DNA from: Justusliebigvirus alia
Strand: one strand, 5' to 3'
Length of the DNA stretch: 64,000 nt
Sequence record: OZ035799.1
Part shown: positions 26,586-36,217 of the stretch, in pieces
Position numbering within the stretch: the first letter of the stretch is position 1
How the letters are laid out: each line of letters starts with the position of its first letter
Position numbers and translations under genes: made by a program
Notes under the pieces: generated by a model
Told to the model about the DNA's origin: nothing
Databases searched by the model: none
Seen by the model: the letters and a program-made list of their open reading frames with translations, nothing else

Positions 26586-26908
26586 CTCTCCTCAAAATCC
26601 ATAAGTATAAAGATATTAACTTTACCTTCTATATTATGTTCTACAACAAGATCTGCAAATTCTTTGTAGGCTTTTTCTTCTATTTGTTCAATGTGAGACG
26701 CTACATCTTTGTATATAGCGTCACCATCTACTTTAACAAGGAGGAATAGAGATCTTACTTCAATCTCTTTATTTTTACGGGGTAGAAAATCGACGGCTTC
26801 TTGTATACGCCAGCCGAGATACCCTGGAGTCCTTTGAATATCCTCCAAATGACTTTCTAAGATTTCCCTTCCTTTGTCTATTAAAGCCTGTTCTGTCGTT
26901 ATTTTCAT
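26582..26908 (-). CDS. hypothetical protein (108 aa)
   Basis: ORF. Confidence 0.55.
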   Translation of the reverse strand: MKITTEQALIDKGREILESHLEDIQRTPGYLGWRIQEAVDFLPRKNKEIEVRSLFLLVKVDGDAIYKDVASHIEQIEEKAYKEFADLVVEHNIEGKVNIFILMDFEES

Positions 26909-26918
26909 CCCCTTCTCC

Positions 26919-27491
26919 TTAATGTGTTAATGAAACTGCGTAGCTAAACACAGGTTCAGATATTACATCGGCTACAGTAATAAAAACGTCTTCGTCTTGA
27001 GTTGTTTCTACACGACATACAGTTACACCATTCACCACGAATTCAACGCAATGTGGAATATCTTCACAAACGAAGGTAGTGTAAGTAACACCCAAAGCAT
27101 CATACAAAGATTTAACAGTGTTTGCAAGTGCCGCAGTTTCTTCTTTTTCTGAGACAATGAATGCTGTAACAACAAGATTGTTTGCATAGTTTAGACTGTC
27201 CTCTATAGCCAATGATTTACAAGGTAGTAATGCAAAATATTTACCTGGTTTAATCAGACCTGCTTCCCATTGATTCAAAATTGCCTGGGATGGTTTAGTA
27301 ATATAAAACAGATTTTCACTTGGGTTATCAATATTACTTCTGGCGATACAACGTGAAGGATTATTAATATCAAATACATGATCAAAATCTACACAAACAG
27401 GTAAACTGAAAGGTGTGAATTTTTTACCTAATAATCCTATGGCTGATAATATGTTTGCTGTGCTTATCTTCCCGTTAAAAGCTAAACGCAT
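26919..27491 (-). CDS. hypothetical protein (190 aa)
   Basis: ORF. Confidence 0.6.
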   Translation of the reverse strand: MRLAFNGKISTANILSAIGLLGKKFTPFSLPVCVDFDHVFDINNPSRCIARSNIDNPSENLFYITKPSQAILNQWEAGLIKPGKYFALLPCKSLAIEDSLNYANNLVVTAFIVSEKEETAALANTVKSLYDALGVTYTTFVCEDIPHCVEFVVNGVTVCRVETTQDEDVFITVADVISEPVFSYAVSLTH

Positions 27492-27502
27492 ATTTAACTC
27501 CT

Positions 27503-27706
27503 TTAACTAGCAACCGTAACTTCCGAACTTTCTTCTTTCGTACTGTCTACGATATGCCTGGTGGCAATATACGAGACTTGCCAGTTACCATCTGGTGTAG
27601 TCTCAATAAGTACCCTATCTACTTCGAGAAAATGCAAAAATTCAACCATCGCTCGCTTCGATAGGAATTGTTTTTTAACAGTCTCCTCAAAAGATTGAAC
27701 TGCCAT
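27503..27706 (-). CDS. hypothetical protein (67 aa)
   Basis: ORF. Confidence 0.5.
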   Translation of the reverse strand: MAVQSFEETVKKQFLSKRAMVEFLHFLEVDRVLIETTPDGNWQVSYIATRHIVDSTKEESSEVTVAS

Positions 27707-27715
27707 GTTTCCTCC

Positions 27716-28378
27716 TTATTTAATATTCAATTTTGCACAAAGACGTTGTACCGCTTTGGCATCGAACAAACTCCCACGAATAGTTCTCTTTCCTGATTCA
27801 TTCAGATGCTTTGCAATCGTCATATATGGCGTTCTACAAGCTCTGTATGCAACTAAAGAATCTTTTAAAGAAAGCGCAAACTCTCTTGAGCGTTTTGCTT
27901 CTTCCGTTTTCGTATAATCTGTTCTTTTGTATTTAGGGTTTGCTGCACCAAGAAGCGTTCCCTTCGCTTTTGCTACCTTAAGGCTCTTCTTAACACGATC
28001 AGATATTGCACGAGCCTCTTCTTCTGCCAGAACTGCTAAAATATTTATTATCATATTTTCAGCGGAGGGCATAGTTGCAATCCGTACATTAATCATCTCT
28101 AACAAGGTTGCAACAGAAGCTGTGTTACGTCCAAGACGGTCAACCTTAGCAACAACAAGTGTAGCACCTGTTTCTTTGCAAAGATTAACAGCTTTTACAA
28201 GCTCTCTACGTTGCTTCCAATCGCCTTTACCAGAATAAAACTCTGCAAAGCTACCTACAATAGTATAATTTTCTTGTGAATCCAGGAAGCGTTGGATATC
28301 TGCTTCCTGTGATTCTATACCATACTGGTTGCCTTGTTGTTTCTTCTTAGAAAGTCGATGATACAGTACAAACTTCAT
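27716..28378 (-). CDS. small serine recombinase (resolvase/invertase family) with C-terminal HTH
   Basis: N-terminal YHRLSKKKQ...GIESQ and LVVAKVDRLGRN motifs. Confidence 0.75.
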   Translation of the reverse strand: MKFVLYHRLSKKKQQGNQYGIESQEADIQRFLDSQENYTIVGSFAEFYSGKGDWKQRRELVKAVNLCKETGATLVVAKVDRLGRNTASVATLLEMINVRIATMPSAENMIINILAVLAEEEARAISDRVKKSLKVAKAKGTLLGAANPKYKRTDYTKTEEAKRSREFALSLKDSLVAYRACRTPYMTIAKHLNESGKRTIRGSLFDAKAVQRLCAKLNIK

Positions 28379-28435
28379 AATACCCTCCTGTTCTGTTGCA
28401 GGAAGTATGCACTACCTTAATGTTAAAGTCAACAG

Positions 28436-28651
28436 TTAAGTAGTGGTAATATCATCCTCTTGAATAGCAGGGTCAACTTCTGCAAAGATAGCCTCTACAG
28501 GAATTTCTTCACCTGCTATTCTAGAAAGAAGCACTGAACCAATAGCTTTTGCGTGTTCTTCGGATTCCGCATAAACATTAGTTCCTGTGTCTTTTTTCTT
28601 AGTTTCGTTAAAATATACCAGATAGTAATTGTATGCCATTATTCTTCCCAA
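28436..28651 (-). CDS. hypothetical protein (71 aa)
   Basis: ORF. Confidence 0.5.
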   Translation of the reverse strand: MGRIMAYNYYLVYFNETKKKDTGTNVYAESEEHAKAIGSVLLSRIAGEEIPVEAIFAEVDPAIQEDDITTT

Positions 28652-28890
28652 TCGTTGTTACGAGCACTTTCAAGAACCTTGACAACTTCTGCATACTCTA
28701 CAGCTAAACCAGCACACACTTCAGCTTGTTTTGCAATTGCTTGTTTAAAGAACATAGCGATTGCAACACTCTGTGTTGTGTGAATGTTATCTGCTTTAGT
28801 TGATACATGAAGATCAAAATCTTCTTCATCAAAGGTGAGTTCCATAGTAACAATAAATTTCTCGGTCATAAAAATGCTCCTCTTAAACAA
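28639..28890 (-). CDS. hypothetical protein (83 aa)
   Basis: ORF. Confidence 0.5.
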   Translation of the reverse strand: MFKRSIFMTEKFIVTMELTFDEEDFDLHVSTKADNIHTTQSVAIAMFFKQAIAKQAEVCAGLAVEYAEVVKVLESARNNDWEE

Positions 28891-29392
28891 AATAGAAAGG
28901 TTGAGTTAAACCCAGCCTGTTTTTTGGGTCGTAGACGTACCAAGCATATGCTGTCTTGTCAGTACCACCTGCAACAAAAGATGGTCGTTCAGAAAGAACG
29001 ATCAAATTTGTTGGTGGATTCTGTTTATGGAATTCCCTTCGTTTAATAGACTCTAGGAACCCAAGACGCAACAAGTATATGCAAACGTCTGCTTCTTTTA
29101 AGCTCTTTTGCAAGAACTCAAGTGCAAGTCTGAATGGTGGATTTGTGATTATAATATCCGGCTTAGTATGCCATTCGTGGTTAAAATAATCCTTCCCTTC
29201 TTCTAACTCACAATATTCTGATCCTTCTGGAAAATGTTGATAAATTGCAGCAGCAGCGCCTTTACACGGTTCTGCAAAAATAAAACCTTCTTCTTTAAGG
29301 TTATTAAAATCTATTACACTAAATAATGCATTTATACATTTTTGTGGAGTAGGATAGTAATCAGTTGGTGGACGATCATACTTATTTGCCAC
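28883..29392 (-). CDS. SAM-dependent methyltransferase, probable DNA N6-adenine/N4-cytosine type
   Basis: IITNPPF catalytic motif, DYYPTP N-terminal motif. Confidence 0.55.
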   Translation of the reverse strand: MANKYDRPPTDYYPTPQKCINALFSVIDFNNLKEEGFIFAEPCKGAAAAIYQHFPEGSEYCELEEGKDYFNHEWHTKPDIIITNPPFRLALEFLQKSLKEADVCIYLLRLGFLESIKRREFHKQNPPTNLIVLSERPSFVAGGTDKTAYAWYVYDPKNRLGLTQPFYFV

Positions 29393-29810
29393 TACTTAAA
29401 ATCTCCTCTTTTGTGATTTCAGGGTCTTCTTCAAAAACCATAATATCTCTTAAGAACGTTAATTCTTCCATAGATACTGGTATTGTATCTTCTTCTGTTT
29501 TTCGTTTACATAAATCGTCAAGAAAGTTTTTAAAGTTTTCTGACAAATCATAAAATTTCAACAGTTGATAATCACAGGAGGAGATCCTATCTAGTTCTAA
29601 CATTCTTTCTAAGATATTTTCTGTGTTGCCGTACAACACACGAACTTCTCCAAAAGGGTTGACTGAATATTGTGAAGTTCTGAACCATCCCTTTTTAGAT
29701 ACAGTGTAACGCTGTTCTGCTAAACTTTCAATAAAATTTTTAGCTCTTTTACAGTTTTGTTCTAAAGAGTAGTAGGCTTTTTCTACAAAGGTTACAGGTA
29801 CTGGTAACAT
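29382..29810 (-). CDS. hypothetical protein (142 aa)
   Basis: ORF. Confidence 0.55.
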   Translation of the reverse strand: MLPVPVTFVEKAYYSLEQNCKRAKNFIESLAEQRYTVSKKGWFRTSQYSVNPFGEVRVLYGNTENILERMLELDRISSCDYQLLKFYDLSENFKNFLDDLCKRKTEEDTIPVSMEELTFLRDIMVFEEDPEITKEEILSSGK

Positions 29811-29852
29811 ATCTCCTCCTAATAACCCCCCTTGAAGGGGGTTTATACTAGA

Positions 29853-30506
29853 TTAATTATCAGAGGACACTTTATCAAGTTTTTCAGAGACTGTCAATAC
29901 TTTTTCTTGTGATTCTTTCATTTCTGCTAAAATACTTTCAGCTTCATCACTATCAGGATCACCAGTCAACAGCATACTAATTAGTTGCTCCTTGCTGAAG
30001 TTCAGAATATCTTCCGCTGTTAGCTCCAGTTGTTCTTCGATCTCTTCGATAAAAGTTTCACCGCCGGAAAAAGCATCTCGTAGTTTTGCAACTTCCATCG
30101 CTTCTTCTGGAGTTGCCCCTGCATCTAAAGCTGCTAAAGCAAAATCTGCCCCACTACCAACAGCATAATAATCTTCAGTTAAAGGATATGCTCGCGTGGG
30201 ATTATTACCCTCGTGCATATAAATTTTACCGTCTGGGTGAACAACCAATGCCACAAACTCTTCATCTTCTTTATCAGGATCTGACTGGATCACCAAACCT
30301 GGGATTGTCTCTTGTGCTGCTTGGCATTGTAAGTTTTGTTCGAACCAAGAAAAGAAAGTCAGGATAGAAGACAGACGTCCTGCACCACCAACAAGGTAAT
30401 CCCCAATTTTACGCACTTTCTTGAAATTTAAAGTGTCTACACGACTACCTACTGTTACTTTACCGTCAGACAGAATTTTGTTACGTGTTGCAATAATTGT
30501 TGTCAT
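29853..30506 (-). CDS. HslV/ClpQ-like N-terminal-nucleophile peptidase (proteasome beta-subunit fold) with acidic C-terminal extension
   Basis: starts MTTIIA (Thr2 nucleophile after Met), KKVRK, AVGSGADFALAALDAG resembling HslV GSGG region. Confidence 0.7.
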   Translation of the reverse strand: MTTIIATRNKILSDGKVTVGSRVDTLNFKKVRKIGDYLVGGAGRLSSILTFFSWFEQNLQCQAAQETIPGLVIQSDPDKEDEEFVALVVHPDGKIYMHEGNNPTRAYPLTEDYYAVGSGADFALAALDAGATPEEAMEVAKLRDAFSGGETFIEEIEEQLELTAEDILNFSKEQLISMLLTGDPDSDEAESILAEMKESQEKVLTVSEKLDKVSSDN

Positions 30507-30997
30507 TGTACTTCCTCCTGTAGTGTTTTAAGGACTGCTTTACCACCGCTTACATATTTACGGAGGTAATCAATAGCTCTTAGTGTTTCTTTATCCACAA
30601 GAATTTTATTAGTTCTTGTTAGTGGATGATTTAGTAAATCACTGCAATTTCTTACTAACATAGATTTCTTGTGAAAGATACTGCTAAGAAAAAGAAGTTT
30701 AGAATCTTCTTCATCAATCAGGAGTAATTCTGAATTAGACCCAGCTATATTTATTATACACTCAAACAAGCCTTCTTGACTATCAGATAATTCCTGGTAA
30801 TATTTAGTTAGCCAATCCTCGCCTTTTAACCAACTAAAAAACATCTGAACTTTTTGCAAAGTTGTCATGTTCTCTAAACGAAGAGATATTTCTTTTTCAA
30901 TCTTGTCAATATAAATCTGTCTAAACTCATTCGGCTTAACTAAGCCAGCTTGATAGCATTCATCAATACCATTGCGATCAATCTCAATTAGCGTCAT
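30503..30997 (-). CDS. hypothetical protein (164 aa), translationally coupled to HslV-like gene
   Basis: ORF overlapping downstream start by 4 nt. Confidence 0.6.
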   Translation of the reverse strand: MTLIEIDRNGIDECYQAGLVKPNEFRQIYIDKIEKEISLRLENMTTLQKVQMFFSWLKGEDWLTKYYQELSDSQEGLFECIINIAGSNSELLLIDEEDSKLLFLSSIFHKKSMLVRNCSDLLNHPLTRTNKILVDKETLRAIDYLRKYVSGGKAVLKTLQEEVQ

Positions 30998-31033
30998 TTA
31001 ACCTCCATAACAGGCATCCTTGCCTTGTAATTA

Positions 31034-31786
31034 TTAATATACTTCCGTAATGAACTGAGACAAACGGGAACGTTGGTTATCAGCAGTTGTCATTTCAACA
31101 TAACCAATAAAATCCACAATAGCTTCCCTTTCTCCTTCTTCATTAATAGGAACAACACGATCTAACAAATCACCTAACCCGTTAGCTCTTCGTTTAATTG
31201 CATATGTTTGATTAACATCACCCATAATGACAATACGTGTATTAAGACCTGCTCGCTCAAGGAGAAGTTTTACTGTATTTGGTGACATAAGTTGAACTTC
31301 ATCAATAAGAATAATGCTGTTATCCCACGTAGCACCTAGTGCATAGTTTGGAATATTAAGTTCAATTTTGCCACTTGCAATATCGTTTTCCAATTTATTT
31401 GCAGTCATAAACTGTTGGAAAATTCTTTTAGTTGATTCATAGTGTGCTGCTAGTTTATCAGTCTTATCTCCAGATAAGAAACCAATTTGATCATCACCTA
31501 CTTCTGTCGGGTTTTTAAGGAAAATCAACTTTCTGAAATCACCAGCTTTAAGCATTTGCAATGCTTTCCATAGTGCTGTTGTTGTTTTTCCTGTTCCTGC
31601 TGGGGCATTAACAATGGTTAAATCATTCCAAACCATGCTTCTTACAATAGCTTCTTGATTCCCAACAGGGGTAAATTCATCAAGACGGTAATCATCATTT
31701 CCTACTGCTTTAGCCGCATAACGACTGGCACGTTTGTCATCATTGGCTGCTGATTGACGACGAGCCTTTGCGGTTTTGTTTCCCAT
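31034..31786 (-). CDS. phoH: PhoH-like ATPase
   Basis: Walker A NAPAGTGKTT and PhoH-like length/architecture. Confidence 0.8.
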   Translation of the reverse strand: MGNKTAKARRQSAANDDKRASRYAAKAVGNDDYRLDEFTPVGNQEAIVRSMVWNDLTIVNAPAGTGKTTTALWKALQMLKAGDFRKLIFLKNPTEVGDDQIGFLSGDKTDKLAAHYESTKRIFQQFMTANKLENDIASGKIELNIPNYALGATWDNSIILIDEVQLMSPNTVKLLLERAGLNTRIVIMGDVNQTYAIKRRANGLGDLLDRVVPINEEGEREAIVDFIGYVEMTTADNQRSRLSQFITEVY

Positions 31787-31801
31787 GTTTGCACTCCTTA
31801 T

Positions 31802-31824
31802 AAAAGGGGCTTTCGCCCCTTTGT
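31802..31824 (-). terminator. terminator hairpin GGGGCTTTCGCCCC
   Basis: recurrent hairpin with flanking A/T runs. Confidence 0.6.
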
Positions 31825-32325
31825 TTAGTTATAAGCGTCTAATGTTCCAGTTTTAAGTACCTGAATTACACGCTCTGCGCGATTAGGCGTTTGGCGATAC
31901 CATTTACTTTTACGTAAATTTATAGAGGCTTGAGTATAATATGAATTACTCACTAAAGTCAAGCTATTTTTGAAAGATTCTGCACCTTTCAACCCCATTT
32001 GAAATACCATATTAATAATAGCCATTTTACGATTAGGACTTACTTTATCGTAAATAGGAGATAGTATGGTACTTGAATGGATTTGTTGTATCGCTTTCTT
32101 TACATCACTCTCAAAGATTTTTCTAACTTCCGCTTCAGTAATAACTCCATTGGTTTTTCTACCTACTAAGTTATCAAGAATGCGTATAGCTTCTGCTTTA
32201 TCTTTGCGTTTTGTCAGAAGGTGTCCAATACCAACTGTCCAATACCCTTCGGTATCAGGATATACAGTTAGCTTTAGTCCTTCATCAAAACGTAACATAT
32301 CAAACACATCAACTACTTTAGCCAT
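31825..32325 (-). CDS. T4 e-type lysozyme (endolysin)
   Basis: close match to T4 lysozyme along its length (DEGLKLTVYPDTEGYWTVGIGHLLTK, NMVFQMG, WYRQTPNRAERVI). Confidence 0.9.
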   Translation of the reverse strand: MAKVVDVFDMLRFDEGLKLTVYPDTEGYWTVGIGHLLTKRKDKAEAIRILDNLVGRKTNGVITEAEVRKIFESDVKKAIQQIHSSTILSPIYDKVSPNRKMAIINMVFQMGLKGAESFKNSLTLVSNSYYTQASINLRKSKWYRQTPNRAERVIQVLKTGTLDAYN

Positions 32326-32337
32326 GTTTTCCTTATA

Positions 32338-32481
32338 TCAGTCGCCCTCCCCATGATCTAGCTCTTGAAACAGTAGGTGTTCAGGAGACATTTCACGTTT
32401 AGGCTTCGTCTTTTTAGTTTGGGACTTAAGCTCTGTTGCCAAAGCACGAGAAAAGATCTTACGTTTCTGTTTACCTTTCAT
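32338..32481 (-). CDS. small basic hypothetical protein (47 aa)
   Basis: ORF not in track. Confidence 0.35.
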   Translation of the reverse strand: MKGKQKRKIFSRALATELKSQTKKTKPKREMSPEHLLFQELDHGEGD

Positions 32482-32485
32482 ATTG

Positions 32486-32752
32486 TTACTCCGCAATCTG
32501 AGCCATGAATTCACGTAGTTCAGAAAAACCTCCTACGTGGGTTAGCTGTTCACCATCTTCCACAAAAATCTGAGGAAATGTGCGTGGTAGAACACCTGTT
32601 TTCTCTAAAACCAGATTCTGAATCTGATCTAAAGAATAGTCTTCATCTAAGGTAAGATATTTAAAATCCTGTTCACGCTGTTCTAGTAGAATCTTAGCGT
32701 TAGTGCAGAAAGGACAATTTGGTTTACCGTAGATAATAAAATTCATTTTCAC
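32486..32752 (-). CDS. glutaredoxin-like protein (NrdH/Grx-type)
   Basis: CPFC active-site motif in IYGKPNCPFC. Confidence 0.75.
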   Translation of the reverse strand: MKMNFIIYGKPNCPFCTNAKILLEQREQDFKYLTLDEDYSLDQIQNLVLEKTGVLPRTFPQIFVEDGEQLTHVGGFSELREFMAQIAE

Positions 32753-33579
32753 TCCTTGTTTAAAAGTATAGTTAAAGTTCTTACAATACCGCTATCAACA
32801 CTTCGCGGATTTAAAGTAGGATCTGTTTTTAAATAAGATGTTGCTGGTCTGACTGCTTTGGAATTATAGGTTGAAGCAGATACAGGATTAACTGTAACAG
32901 ATAAATCTATAACAAGAAATATCTTTCGTGCAAAATCATACCAAGAAATATAATCTGCACCTGCATAGTGTACAATTTTACTATTTACACCATCTTTTAC
33001 AAGTTTAAAAATTGTTTCTGCAAGATCAGGTGCATAAGTAGGACATGACAAATGATCACATACTACATTAAATTCTTTTTGACCACCGTTGTAGCGTTCC
33101 AACATAGTTTTCAAAAAGTTATGTCCAAATTCACTATAAACAGAAGCTGTTCTGATAATAAGTGCTGTAGGACAAACTGTTTGTACTAAAGTTTCACCTA
33201 ATTGTTTACTGTAACCGTAGGTGTTCAAGGGGTTTGTTTTACTATCTTCTGTGCCAGCAACACGCCCATCAAAAACATAGTCTGTTGAAATATGTACAAA
33301 CTGTATCAGTAAATCATTACATGCTTTGGCAATGTTTGTTGCACCGTATGCATTAACATTTATACAGGTGTTAACATCTTCTTCAGCTTTATCTACTGCC
33401 GTGTAAGCCGCACAATTCACAACAACATCAGGCACATGCTGTACAAGACTATTCATAACATCTTTAAAGTTGGTAATGTCTACATCACTTGCTTCAATCA
33501 AAATAACATCTTCGGGCGCAACTTTTGCCAAAGACTGTCCTAATTGACCTTTTGAACCAAAGATTAAAAATTTTGTCAA
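32749..33579 (-). CDS. rmlD: dTDP-4-dehydrorhamnose reductase
   Basis: Rossmann N-terminus FGSKGQLG and RmlD-like length; operon with rmlBAC. Confidence 0.75.
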   Translation of the reverse strand: MTKFLIFGSKGQLGQSLAKVAPEDVILIEASDVDITNFKDVMNSLVQHVPDVVVNCAAYTAVDKAEEDVNTCINVNAYGATNIAKACNDLLIQFVHISTDYVFDGRVAGTEDSKTNPLNTYGYSKQLGETLVQTVCPTALIIRTASVYSEFGHNFLKTMLERYNGGQKEFNVVCDHLSCPTYAPDLAETIFKLVKDGVNSKIVHYAGADYISWYDFARKIFLVIDLSVTVNPVSASTYNSKAVRPATSYLKTDPTLNPRSVDSGIVRTLTILLNKE

Positions 33580-34130
33580 AATATGATCTCCTTTAGTGTT
33601 TTGGCTTGCTGATCTTTTTGTGACAAGATAGGTTTAAAATTAATATCATTAAAGATTAAATCAAAACCCCAATCAATATTGATATCTGGATCATTCCACG
33701 CAAGACTACATTCTGAAGTCGGATCGTAATATTCTGTACATTTATATTCAAAATCAGCAATGTCACTAATCACAACAAAGCCATGAGCGAAACCAGGAGG
33801 AATCCAAAATTGTGTTTTATTCTTTTCAGATAAGAGAACACCTACCCATTCTCCAAATGTTGGACTACCAACCCTAATATCTACAGCAACATCATAAACT
33901 TCACCACGAACACAACGTACTAACTTCCCTTGTGGGTTTTTCTTTTGAAAATGAAGCCCACGTAGAACTCCTCGAATAGAACGTGAATGGTTATCTTGGA
34001 CAAAGTTTTGTTTACCTATGTATTGATCATATAAAGCCTGATTAAAACTTTCTAAGAAAAAACCACGTTCATCTCCGTAAACGTCAGGTTGAATGATCAA
34101 CAAATCTTCGATTTTTGTTGCTTGAATCAT
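33576..34130 (-). CDS. rmlC: dTDP-4-dehydrorhamnose 3,5-epimerase
   Basis: motifs RGFFLESF, FVQDNHS, GVLRGLHFQ. Confidence 0.85.
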   Translation of the reverse strand: MIQATKIEDLLIIQPDVYGDERGFFLESFNQALYDQYIGKQNFVQDNHSRSIRGVLRGLHFQKKNPQGKLVRCVRGEVYDVAVDIRVGSPTFGEWVGVLLSEKNKTQFWIPPGFAHGFVVISDIADFEYKCTEYYDPTSECSLAWNDPDINIDWGFDLIFNDINFKPILSQKDQQAKTLKEIIF

Positions 34131-34142
34131 TTAATCTCCCCT

Positions 34143-35012
34143 TTATTTTAATTTAAGTAAATACTTGCCGTAGTCTGTTTTACTTAAAACCTCTCCAGAA
34201 CTTTTTACGGAATCTAAAGTAATCCATTCATTTTTAAAAGCAATCTCTTCCAGGCATGCAACCTTCATACCTTGTTGCTTTTCTATTGCATGAACAAATT
34301 GAGATGCTTCCATAAGACTTTCATGTGTCCCTGTATCCAGCCAAGTGAAACCTCTTCCTAGTTTACAGACACGTAAAGCCTTTTCTTTCCAGTACATCTC
34401 ATTTATATCTGTAATCTCTAACTCCCCTCTAGCAGAAGGTTTAACGCTTTTAGCTTTCTGTATAACAGAATTATCGTAAAAGTACAAGCCTGTGATTGCA
34501 TAGTTGCTTTTTGGTGCTTTTGGTTTTTCTTCAATACTCACCACTGTACCTTCAGAATCAAACTCAACAACACCAAATCTTTCAGGATCATTTACGTGAT
34601 ACCCAAAAATATTAGCTCCACCATTCTTCTCAATATGTTCTTTAGCAGAATCTAAAATGCTACCAAAACTCTGACCAAAGAATAAATTATCACCTAGCAC
34701 AAGTGCTACAGAATCTTCACCAATAAAGTTCTCACCAATAATAAATGCTTCTGCTAAACCTTTTGGGCTGTTCTGTACTGCATACTGTAGGGAAATACCA
34801 AAAGAAGAACCATCACCTAGGAGATTTACAAAATTAATTTGATCTTCTGGTGTTGTAATTATTAGTATTTCCCTAATTCCAGAAAGCATTAGGACAGAGA
34901 GTGGATAATAAATCATAGGCTTATCGTAAATTGGTAATAGTTGTTTACTAACCCCTTTAGTAACTGGGTAAAGTCTTGTTCCACTACCACCTGCTAAGAT
35001 AATACCTTTCAT
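34143..35012 (-). CDS. rmlA: glucose-1-phosphate thymidylyltransferase
   Basis: N-terminus [39 protein letters not shown] nearly identical to bacterial RmlA. Confidence 0.9.
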   Translation of the reverse strand: MKGIILAGGSGTRLYPVTKGVSKQLLPIYDKPMIYYPLSVLMLSGIREILIITTPEDQINFVNLLGDGSSFGISLQYAVQNSPKGLAEAFIIGENFIGEDSVALVLGDNLFFGQSFGSILDSAKEHIEKNGGANIFGYHVNDPERFGVVEFDSEGTVVSIEEKPKAPKSNYAITGLYFYDNSVIQKAKSVKPSARGELEITDINEMYWKEKALRVCKLGRGFTWLDTGTHESLMEASQFVHAIEKQQGMKVACLEEIAFKNEWITLDSVKSSGEVLSKTDYGKYLLKLK

Positions 35013-35020
35013 ACTCCTCC

Positions 35021-36010
35021 TTAAACTTTATTTTCCCACCACTCTTTGTTATCTACATACCAATCAATGGTTGAATAAAGTTTTTCTTCAAATGTGCCTT
35101 TAGCTTTCCACCCTAATTCCTTTTCAATCTTATAAGGATTCACTTCATATCTTAAATCATGCCCAGGTCTATCTGTAACCATTTCAATGAGGCTACAAGC
35201 ATCTGTTTCAGATGGATACACCGCATCCATATAATCACAAATCATATAGATTACATCAATATTAGTTCTAGGGTTTCTGCTCCCAATATTATATGTTTCT
35301 CCAGATTTGCCTTTAGTTACTACTAGGTGTAATGCTTCTGCGTGATCGTCAACGTATAACCAGTCTCTTACTTGAAGACCATTGCCATAAACAGGGATTG
35401 GTTTATGCATCAAGATATTTGTTATCGTTTTAGGTATTAGTTTTTCTGGATGATGATACGCTCCAAAATTATTTGAACAATTTGTTATAACTGTCGGAAT
35501 ACCATAAGTACGATGCCACGCTCTTACCAAATGATCGCTTGCAGCTTTAGATGCAGCATATGGACTACTTGGTTTATAAGGATTCTGTTCTGTAAACGGA
35601 TAATCCCCTTCTTCCATATCACCATACACTTCATCTGTTGAAATATGATGAAACATTTTAAGATTTGATTTATCTCCCATTAAACGAACAGCTTCTAGAA
35701 GATTAAATGTTCCAACAATATTTGAATTTATAAAAACACTCGGTGATGCTATTGAATTATCTACGTGACTTTCTGCTGCAAGATGCATTATATAATCTGG
35801 GTTAACATCTGCCACAATCTTAGCAGTTAACTGAGCATTTGTCAAGTCAACACGACAAAACTTTACATTAGGTGTTTCTGATAAATTTCTAGGGTCTGAA
35901 GCGTAACCCCATTTATCTATAACGTAAATATCATTCTTAGTATTTTTAGCCAGGAAACGAACTACCGCACTTCCAATAAAACCTAAACCACCTGTTACTA
36001 AGTATTTCAT
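35021..36010 (-). CDS. rmlB: dTDP-glucose 4,6-dehydratase
   Basis: [15 protein letters not shown] Rossmann and C-terminal RPGHDLRY...WYVDNKEWW motifs. Confidence 0.9.
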   Translation of the reverse strand: MKYLVTGGLGFIGSAVVRFLAKNTKNDIYVIDKWGYASDPRNLSETPNVKFCRVDLTNAQLTAKIVADVNPDYIMHLAAESHVDNSIASPSVFINSNIVGTFNLLEAVRLMGDKSNLKMFHHISTDEVYGDMEEGDYPFTEQNPYKPSSPYAASKAASDHLVRAWHRTYGIPTVITNCSNNFGAYHHPEKLIPKTITNILMHKPIPVYGNGLQVRDWLYVDDHAEALHLVVTKGKSGETYNIGSRNPRTNIDVIYMICDYMDAVYPSETDACSLIEMVTDRPGHDLRYEVNPYKIEKELGWKAKGTFEEKLYSTIDWYVDNKEWWENKV

Positions 36011-36204
36011 TTAGTCTCCTTCCAATTATTCCCTTCAGTAAAAATAATACCTTCATAAAACAACCATCTGGAACCTTTTTCAACAGGAACAGGAAGCTCT
36101 TCTTCAGTAAAGTTATAAACCTCTCTAGCATCTTCTAAAAGTGACGCAAATGTTTTTGGACTTACTGTTACGCGAGGAGCATTGATCAGTTGATCTAGCA
36201 TCAT
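36007..36204 (-). CDS. hypothetical protein (65 aa)
   Basis: start refined to internal ATG with RBS AAGGAGGA. Confidence 0.45.
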   Translation of the reverse strand: MMLDQLINAPRVTVSPKTFASLLEDAREVYNFTEEELPVPVEKGSRWLFYEGIIFTEGNNWKETK

Positions 36205-36217
36205 TCTACTATCCTCC

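Noticed and set aside
27716-28378. Prophage integrase / temperate lifestyle
   Set aside because: The recombinase is a small resolvase/invertase type, not a large serine or tyrosine integrase. No repressor, attachment site or excisionase is visible, and the gene content is typical of a virulent phage.
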